Shown here: in pieces, positions 1-6,051 of the stretch | How positions within the stretch are numbered: the first letter of the stretch is position 1 | How the letters are laid out: each line of letters starts with the position of its first letter | NCBI GenBank assembly: GCA_965369865.1 | Contig: CBDURU010000048.1 | Coordinates: 1 to 24,184 of the forward strand | Length of the DNA stretch: 24,184 bases | Direction: 5' to 3' | Source: an uncultured bacterium | Lineage (GTDB): Bacteria; JAJVIF01; JAPKYR01 | Translations under genes and position numbers: made by a program | The notes under the pieces: model-generated | Told to the model about the DNA's origin: nothing | The model's input: only the letters and a program-made list of their open reading frames with translations | Databases searched by the model: none

Positions 1-70
1 CGGCTCCAACTAATTCGGCTCCAACTAATTCGGCTCCAACTAATTCGGCTCCAACTAATTCGGCTCCAAC
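1..70 (+). repeat. 15-bp tandem repeat CGGCTCCAACTAATT, 4 full copies plus a partial one, continuing beyond the window edge
   Basis: Exact copies at 1-15, 16-30, 31-45 and 46-60; partial copy at 61-70. Confidence 0.97.
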
Positions 71-362
71 AATTAATGAAGGCCTGATAACGAAAGCCTT
101 TGATGATTATTCTGATAATTGGGAAGCTACCGTCATTTACGCGTGTGGCCCGATCCCAATGCTGAAGGCGGTTTCAGAACGTGCTGAGAAACTCGGCATT
201 GAATGTTATGTCAGCCTTGAAAATAAACTCGCCTGCGGACTTGGTGCGTGCCTCGGATGCAGCATCCCCATCCGTGAATCCGATGGAACCGTTCACTACG
301 AACGTGTTTGCACCGAAGGCCCGGTATTCGATTCGTCAAGGATCGCCTTCGATCTGATGTGA
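1..362 (+). CDS. pyrK: Dihydroorotate dehydrogenase B electron-transfer subunit, 5'-truncated by window edge
   Basis: The frame of ORF 159..362 is open back to position 3: (APTNS)x4-APTINEGLITKAFDDYSDNWEATVIYACGPIPMLKAV...SLENKLACGLGACLGC...RVCTEGPVF. YACGP plus CGxGxCxxC...C(TE)GPVF is the PyrK NAD-binding/[2Fe-2S] signature. Confidence 0.88.
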   Translation, partial: APTNSAPTNSAPTNSAPTNSAPTINEGLITKAFDDYSDNWEATVIYACGPIPMLKAVSERAEKLGIECYVSLENKLACGLGACLGCSIPIRESDGTVHYERVCTEGPVFDSSRIAFDLM

Positions 363-427
363 GTAACCGTTGTCCCTGGTTTTGTGGTGTTTGCCTTGTT
401 GTTTCCTCCTTATTTTCGATATTTTCA

Positions 428-834
428 GGAACCCGACGCGCGATTGATCAGTGATGATCACCCATTAACTCCGTTCGGCTTACGCCGAACTTCGCGTATG
501 GGCGGCACCCTGACAAGCAGCCATATACAATCGACTACTGACTTGCCCCGGCATTGACCCCGCCGCGGCGGGTTAGGCAGACTCCCCGCCTTACACATCA
601 GCTTCCGCCATCACTTCTGATTACATTTGAAGCTATGGCGGATGTCAAGCCGTGAAACTTCCCGCCTACGCTTCCGCCTTCGCTTCTCGCTACGCTCGAA
701 GCTATGGCGGATGTTCCACCCGCCGGGCAGAAGGAGGCGTAATGGGTTACTAGCGCTCAGCTTCAAGAGCTGGAAATCACGCGCCGGATTCCGTTGGAGG
801 GTATTCCCTGCAGTGGGATCAGAATGCCCATCCA
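428..834 (-). ncRNA. Candidate large structured ncRNA or orphaned long leader RNA, class unknown
   Basis: An 18-bp closing helix joins 775-792 to 428-445 (15 Watson-Crick + 3 G.U pairs, valid only on the minus strand). Nested helices: 740-747/460-467, 722-729/544-552, 713-719/652-658 and 644-648/554-558. A GUAA-capped 7-bp hairpin lies at 473-490, and a promoter lies directly upstream at 840-868. Confidence 0.65.
604..714. repeat. REP-like palindromic units sharing GAAGCTATGGCGGATGT
   Basis: Exact 17-mer at 629-645 and 698-714. Each is preceded by a partially complementary TCCGCC... arm (604-617, 673-684), forming imperfect hairpins. Confidence 0.7.
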
Positions 835-839
835 GTGTG

Positions 840-868
840 AATATAGCATAAAGATGGGATATTGTCAA
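840..868 (-). promoter_or_regulatory. sigma70-type promoter TTGACA-N17-TATATT with extended -10 TG
   Basis: Minus strand reads TTGACA atatcccatctttatgc TATATT; predicted TSS about 833-834. No credible CDS lies downstream. Confidence 0.75.
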
Positions 869-958
869 GAGGGGGCAAGGGAAAAAGGGGGGTTTTTTCT
901 GGGGGGGGGGAGGTGAATGATCTTATCGTGACGATTTTCAAATCTACAGTAGCCGGTA

Positions 959-979
959 TGCCATAGCTTCAGCGAAGGC
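959..979. repeat. Third, inverted copy of the REP-like unit
   Basis: TGCCATAGCTTCAGCGAAGGC; its reverse complement contains GAAGCTATGGC, as at 629 and 698. Confidence 0.6.
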
Positions 980-1042
980 TTGTGGACAATGGTACTCGAT
1001 TGGGATTGGAGAGTGGAGGGATTTACTGAACTACTTACTACA

Positions 1043-4000
1043 TTATATAAACGCTTCACTGGCGATTACGTCAACGACAACTGGCTCTACTTTCCGCTTC
1101 TTTGCTTCTTGTTGTTCTACAAATAAAGTTTGCTGGCTTAGAAGCAGATTTCCCATATGTTCGACTTTCTCCTCTGGACTACCGACGATGTTCTTTATCT
1201 TCCGTAATTCCCGTTTTTCTTTTGGTGTTAGTGTTGTGCCTGTGAGTTTTTCCCGGAGTTCCCCGATTTTCTTCTTATGCTCTCCCTTGACTTTCCTTGC
1301 GAGTGTATTTAGGAGTTTCAGGGTTTGCCTGATGAGTGGATCTGCACTTGTGGCATGCATCTGGGTTACTCTTTCCTGAGCGTCCTCTTTAAATTCCTTT
1401 TCAAGCTTCTGGACATTGGCATTAAAGCCAGCAGGAAGTTTCAATCGCTGCTCGGTTGGATCGCATTTCAACTTCTGGAGAATTTCAATTAAGTCGCGTG
1501 AGACAACCTTTCCTTCCTGATCAGCAAGATATAGAGCGGCGTATTCTTTCGCACGGAAGAACCCGACGATTTCGTTTTTCACTCCCGATCGGGCTGAACG
1601 CATTTTATCCGGCAAACTTTCAATCTTCTCATACAGTTTTGGATCGTTCTTCCGTAAATCCCGCATTTCTTTAACCAGGTTAGAGAATGAAACGTCTCCT
1701 TCCTCATCAGGCATATCCGGGAAATCTCCGGCATAAATCTGTTTAAACATCTCGATATCCGACAGCGTTTCTTCAGTGCTGAGATATTTCTCACCCAGAC
1801 CGATATGTTTGTGAATATCGCTAAATCGTTTCTGAAGTCTCTCCTCTAACCGTAATTTCGATTCCAGTTTGCGTTCCGGAAAGAAGTTTATCGTGTGAAT
1901 CTCCTCATGCTCCGTGGAAATACGGTCGACACGACCCACCCTCTGAATTAGTCGAACCGGGTTCCAGTGCAGATCGTAGTTAATGACGATATTGCCATCC
2001 TGCAGGTTTACACCTTCAGCCAGGACATCTGTGGTTACCAGTATCTGAATTTCATCCTTTCCCTTAAATTTAGCTCGATTTGCTTTAGGTGCGAATCGTT
2101 GAAGTTGCGCAAGTGCATTCTTAGTGCTTCCAGATACAAAGTCAGCCTGGTCGAAATTGTAACTGATGTGTTCACCCAGGTATTCAGCAGTAGTCGAGAA
2201 TTGTGTAAAGATTAAAACCTTGTTTCCCTTAAGGGGCTTATCAGATAACCTTTTAAGCAGCGTCTGGAGCTTAGCATCCTGCTCCGGTTTCAAATCCTTC
2301 ACAAGCTCAAATACCTGGAAGAAAACCCCTCTGTCTTTATCAATATCCTCAATCAATCGCTCGACTTCAAATTTTTCTGTAGGATAGCGTTCACTCGCTG
2401 AACTCAGGACTTCCTCAAGCCTTTCGCTATCCCCCGTTGTCCGATATCGTTTCAACTCTTCGGCAAGTAGCCCAGCGGGAATTACACCTTTTTGCAGGTG
2501 TGTAAGATAAAGCTCGTGAATCTCCTTTTGGTCTTTTGCAGATCTTCTGAAAGCTGCAACACTACTTTCGAGCCGTTTGAACAGGATTGTCCGAATTAAC
2601 GCGACAAGGTTTTTACCAGCCGTTTTTAGTTGAGCCAGATCAGGTTCATCACGAAATTCTGGCTTCACGTAATTAAAGAGATCGTACCTGGCGTATCGAA
2701 TCTTCTTGAGAAGTTTTTCGATCCGGTCATATATGCCTGGATAAACATCATCAATCGAGTAATCAACCCTGACAGGAGCCTTCCTCTTTGGAAACTTCAG
2801 CTTCCCGGTTTTCATATCCTCATCATAATATTTCTCGATATGCCTTCGAGTTCGCCTGACGAGAATATGCTCCAGTAAATCGGGAAGTTTCTTCTCACCC
2901 TTTTCAACAGCTTTGAAATAGTCCCGCAGGTTAGGCGGATCGACAGGAATCACCATTGAGTCAGTCGGATGGAATAGCCGAATCTGGTTCAGAACATCCT
3001 TTGCTTCAGTGTTGTAGGGCGTGGCGGTGAGAAGTATTACTTTCTTGTTATGGCAGATTTCTTCAAGTGCCTGATAACTTTTCGTATTTGTATGCCTAAA
3101 ATGATGCGACTCATCGACCAAGATCACCGGGCGGTTCATCAGCCGTTCATTATTGACGATATCCAGTATCTTTCCTCTGGATTCGACTCTGACAGGGAGG
3201 TCGTAGAGATCACAGATATCCTCCCACATCGGTTTCAGAACAGGTGGACAGATTATAAGTGCCTTATCGCCTGTCCTGGCGTAATGATCGGCGAGTAATG
3301 CCGCGCCCATGTATGTTTTACCGAGACCGACCACATCAGCCAGAATTACACCGTGATATTCATTCAGAATCGATCTTGCCTGGACAACCGCGTCCTTCTG
3401 GAAATTGAAAAGTTCCGGGACAGCTTCCCCTTTCGGTTTGTAGACCTTTTCATCTTCATCCAATCTGTCTTTTACCAGTTCGTAAACGACCTTGAGATAA
3501 AGCTCGTAAGGCGTAGGCTCGTTGATTGCCCAGGAACTTTCAAGAACGTGCATTAGTGATTTATCAAATTCCTCTGAGTCATCCCAGAGGTTGTCGAACC
3601 ATTCCGAAAGTTTCTCGTGGTTTTCATTACCAGGGACAACGACGTTCAATTCTGTGTTAGAACTGATCCCGGATAGAGACAGGTTACTTGAGCCGATAAT
3701 CGCCGAGCCGCGCTCATACCGTCCTTCCGGATAATCGACAATGTACGCCTTTGCGTGAAGAACACCTTTCGTGTAAACCCGAACCTTAATTTTGTTTTCT
3801 TTCAGAAGCCTTACCAGATGCTTGATATAATCCTCATCATCATCGGTTTGTGGCAGACGAGCCGCGAGTGATGCGACTTTCTTCTCTTCCTCTTTAACCC
3901 TGTCCTTTTTCTCCTGCGGGGTCAAGTATTTAAGGGGTTCCAGCTTACTTGCGGCGGCTTCCTCACTTCCCGATCCGAGCGTGAGGGCTTCGATTGTGTC

Positions 4001-4186
4001 CTTATTCGATGTAGACCCGATAAGGAGACGAAGCTCACCGACTTCGGCCAGGTGATCCTTAATTGCCTTGAATCCTGACAGGAAGAAATAACCGACGGCG
4101 AATTTCGCGCATTCGGCGTTATCGAGAAGCGTCCCGATATGATCGGACAGCTTTTGTTCCTGGTTGTCGATTATGTCATGTGGCAT
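1043..4186 (-). CDS. PLD-family (single HKD) nuclease fused to SNF2-family SF2 helicase; restriction/effector component
   Basis: N-terminal FAVGYF...LHAKAYIVD (HxKx4D)...GSSNLS. Helicase motifs LADVVGLGKT, VDESHH, LLTATP, VLIFTQF, TDVLAEGVNLQ and QRVGRVDR. Confidence 0.92.
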   Translation of the reverse strand: MPHDIIDNQEQKLSDHIGTLLDNAECAKFAVGYFFLSGFKAIKDHLAEVGELRLLIGSTSNKDTIEALTLGSGSEEAAASKLEPLKYLTPQEKKDRVKEEEKKVASLAARLPQTDDDEDYIKHLVRLLKENKIKVRVYTKGVLHAKAYIVDYPEGRYERGSAIIGSSNLSLSGISSNTELNVVVPGNENHEKLSEWFDNLWDDSEEFDKSLMHVLESSWAINEPTPYELYLKVVYELVKDRLDEDEKVYKPKGEAVPELFNFQKDAVVQARSILNEYHGVILADVVGLGKTYMGAALLADHYARTGDKALIICPPVLKPMWEDICDLYDLPVRVESRGKILDIVNNERLMNRPVILVDESHHFRHTNTKSYQALEEICHNKKVILLTATPYNTEAKDVLNQIRLFHPTDSMVIPVDPPNLRDYFKAVEKGEKKLPDLLEHILVRRTRRHIEKYYDEDMKTGKLKFPKRKAPVRVDYSIDDVYPGIYDRIEKLLKKIRYARYDLFNYVKPEFRDEPDLAQLKTAGKNLVALIRTILFKRLESSVAAFRRSAKDQKEIHELYLTHLQKGVIPAGLLAEELKRYRTTGDSERLEEVLSSASERYPTEKFEVERLIEDIDKDRGVFFQVFELVKDLKPEQDAKLQTLLKRLSDKPLKGNKVLIFTQFSTTAEYLGEHISYNFDQADFVSGSTKNALAQLQRFAPKANRAKFKGKDEIQILVTTDVLAEGVNLQDGNIVINYDLHWNPVRLIQRVGRVDRISTEHEEIHTINFFPERKLESKLRLEERLQKRFSDIHKHIGLGEKYLSTEETLSDIEMFKQIYAGDFPDMPDEEGDVSFSNLVKEMRDLRKNDPKLYEKIESLPDKMRSARSGVKNEIVGFFRAKEYAALYLADQEGKVVSRDLIEILQKLKCDPTEQRLKLPAGFNANVQKLEKEFKEDAQERVTQMHATSADPLIRQTLKLLNTLARKVKGEHKKKIGELREKLTGTTLTPKEKRELRKIKNIVGSPEEKVEHMGNLLLSQQTLFVEQQEAKKRKVEPVVVDVIASEAFI

Positions 4187-4192
4187 GGTTTT

Positions 4193-4221
4193 ATCGTATC
4201 CCAGACAAATAATTCCAGCAA
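4193..4221 (-). promoter_or_regulatory. Putative promoter for a leaderless helicase mRNA
   Basis: Minus strand reads TTGCTG-N17-TACGAT-aaaacc-ATG; there is no Shine-Dalgarno sequence before the ATG at 4186. Confidence 0.5.
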
Positions 4222-4247
4222 TCCCGAAATAACGAGTCAGTCAGAGA

Positions 4248-4276
4248 TTGACAGAAGTAGTTCCATGTGGTACATA
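4248..4276 (+). promoter_or_regulatory. Putative promoter TTGACA-N17-TACATA, convergent with DUF3800
   Basis: Perfect -35 at 4248-4253, a 17-nt spacer ending TGTGG, and a weaker -10 at 4271-4276. Confidence 0.5.
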
Positions 4277-4281
4277 TAAGT

Positions 4282-4315
4282 AGCGGATGTTGGCAAAGCC
4301 GATGATCCGCTTTTT
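4282..4315 (+). ncRNA. Hairpin plus U-tract abutting the DUF3800 stop codon; candidate DUF3800-associated small RNA, or a terminator
   Basis: AGCGGAT(4282-4288)/ATCCGCT(4305-4311) outer stem and TTGGC-AAA-GCCGA inner stem, followed by TTTT on the plus strand only. Confidence 0.45.
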
Positions 4316-5029
4316 CTATTTAGGTTTAAATTTCCACACCTCAAAGCCGATTGGTTTATTAGTCTTAAAGACCCTTGCCAGTGACTTTCTCCCAAGTTTC
4401 CTTGCCAGATACTTAGCGAGTCGTTCTTTCATTTTGCCTGACTTTGTGCTGTTTTTCTTCCCTTTACGCTTAATGTGAAAATTAACACATCCGGTAAGAA
4501 CATCGATTGCCTGAATAAGGATGCTTGCATGCGATTCCAGCATTGTCGCATTTATGACTGATGTTAGTTTACTCACTTCAGTTTCAAATCGTTTCGGGCT
4601 TTTCTTGGGCCTTAAGAAATAATCGGCTATTACAATACATTCCTTTCCCCTCATTTTATTCCGTAAAACCAGTTTTGTGTATGCGATGTGCGCGTCCCAG
4701 GTGCTCTTAAAATACTTGCTCACATCGATCTTCGGGTCTGATTTATCGAGTGTAAAAATAACTACCCTGGCTGAGCTTGATAGAACTTGATCTATCAACT
4801 GCTCATAGTACGTGACGGTTTGGTAGGTTATCTTGTTGAATTTGAATTCAAATGCCTGCCCCCGCTTCATATTGATGCTTCGTCTTGTCGTTGCTTTAAG
4901 CTGAGACAGGGATTCAACCAGATCCGATGTGTTTTCAATAAACAGAAATCCCAATGCGAATAGTTTCTGATCCGGATCATTTTCCAGAACACCTGATTCA
5001 TCCATGAAGCAAAACATCGGCGTTGGCAT
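4316..5029 (-). CDS. DUF3800-family protein (RNase H-like fold), 237 aa
   Basis: N-terminal FMDESG, internal EFKF and C-terminal IQAIDVL (QxxD) motifs. Start moved from 5176 to ATG 5029 (GGAG upstream), which removes the overlap with 5034..5405. Confidence 0.82.
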   Translation of the reverse strand: MPTPMFCFMDESGVLENDPDQKLFALGFLFIENTSDLVESLSQLKATTRRSINMKRGQAFEFKFNKITYQTVTYYEQLIDQVLSSSARVVIFTLDKSDPKIDVSKYFKSTWDAHIAYTKLVLRNKMRGKECIVIADYFLRPKKSPKRFETEVSKLTSVINATMLESHASILIQAIDVLTGCVNFHIKRKGKKNSTKSGKMKERLAKYLARKLGRKSLARVFKTNKPIGFEVWKFKPK

Positions 5030-5033
5030 AAGT

Positions 5034-5405
5034 CTATACTCTCCACCCGACCTGGCGGGCGATTTTTTTGATCTGTTTGATGAACTTATCCTTGTCTCGA
5101 CCTTTTGCTTTGATCTCCTTATCTGTCGTGTATGCCCAGCGGTAGACCATCTCGACCGAGCCGAATCCGCGTCCAAGGAGCCGAGCGTATTTTACAGTAT
5201 TTCTCTTCGTTGGGGCATCGTTCAGCACGAGAGCAAGTTCAGCATCGCTCCAGGATTTGCCTTTGTTAGGAGTTGGCCAACCTTTATCCTTGGCAATCAG
5301 AACAAGAGCTTCATCAATCTCTGAGTAAATCTCATCGAAGGTAAGACTTGAATACCCTTGTTCAATGACTTCCATCAGTTTTTTTCTAAAATCGGTTCGT
5401 TTCAT
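5034..5405 (-). CDS. Hypothetical 123-aa basic protein, possible HTH/Myb-like domain
   Basis: Tightly packed in the operon (10-nt and 4-nt gaps). NKGKSWSDAEL...YARLLGRGFGSVEMVY resembles a WxxxE...HTH pattern. Confidence 0.65.
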   Translation of the reverse strand: MKRTDFRKKLMEVIEQGYSSLTFDEIYSEIDEALVLIAKDKGWPTPNKGKSWSDAELALVLNDAPTKRNTVKYARLLGRGFGSVEMVYRWAYTTDKEIKAKGRDKDKFIKQIKKIARQVGWRV

Positions 5406-5415
5406 TGCTTTCTCA

Positions 5416-6051
5416 TTAATTTAAAAATGGTTCTATAAACTCTTTAAGCTTTTGTGTCCCTTCGATTATAGCAGCCACTTTAGGAATCTGCAGCAAGCCA
5501 TTCCAAAGGCTTGCTAAGATGGATTTATTGACCTCTGGTTTTTGTATCTGACTTCTAATGCTGTCAACGTCGGAAATTGCAGAGATTTTTTCTTCTTCAT
5601 TCAAATCCGGAGATTCGTATATCTTGTCTCGCAAAGCTTGAAGTTCGCTGGTGAGATCAATATAGCCAGTGTTGACAATGTTATTGTCGCCGATAACTGT
5701 TAAATTATTTGATCCAGTAATATTGAATTGATTCCCAGTAATATTGCGTTGATAAGCTGATGCTCCCTCAAATTTGTCAATACCTTCTGCTGATATTTTA
5801 TAAGTAATTTTTGCTGGATACTTTTCTGCACCGGCATAAGAACGAATTTCCTCATCCTTAACAACCCAACCCTTTTGAATCAAGTAGTCCAGGTTTGATA
5901 TCACCTCTTCTCGTGAGAAACCTAATTCCTTCATGGCTTTCCGGAGGTCCTTAATTCCTATCCCCACTTTTTTTATACTAGTAGGGCTTTGATGGATTGC
6001 GAGTAAATGTTTCATGATCGCATTTCTGACCTTGTCATCCTTGTTTGTCAT
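5416..6051 (-). CDS. Hypothetical 211-aa protein: winged-HTH-like N-terminus, Asn/Gly-rich linker, helical C-terminus
   Basis: ATGA overlap with the MTase stop (6048-6051). NLDYLIQKGWV...YKISAEGID is a winged-helix-like pattern. Confidence 0.7.
   Translation of the reverse strand: MTNKDDKVRNAIMKHLLAIHQSPTSIKKVGIGIKDLRKAMKELGFSREEVISNLDYLIQKGWVVKDEEIRSYAGAEKYPAKITYKISAEGIDKFEGASAYQRNITGNQFNITGSNNLTVIGDNNIVNTGYIDLTSELQALRDKIYESPDLNEEEKISAISDVDSIRSQIQKPEVNKSILASLWNGLLQIPKVAAIIEGTQKLKEFIEPFLN

Noticed and set aside
1..70. CRISPR array
   Set aside because: The 15-bp units are head-to-tail with no spacers and lie in frame within pyrK; no cas genes are present.
428..834. RNase P RNA, tmRNA, SRP RNA or group I/II intron
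   Set aside because: No GAGGAAAGUCC, no tRNA-like ends or Ala-rich tag frame, no CAGG-GNRA-AGCAG domain IV, and no recognisable intron core or domain V found by eye.
611..1059. Short ORFs 611..868, 627..851 and 865..1059 as real genes
   Set aside because: No RBS; Arg-rich low-complexity translations arise from the palindromic repeats; the TTG start at 868 is the promoter -35 box.
5030..5176. N-terminal 49 aa of ORF 4316..5176
   Set aside because: It overlaps the upstream 123-aa gene, and DUF3800 proteins begin just before the DESG motif.
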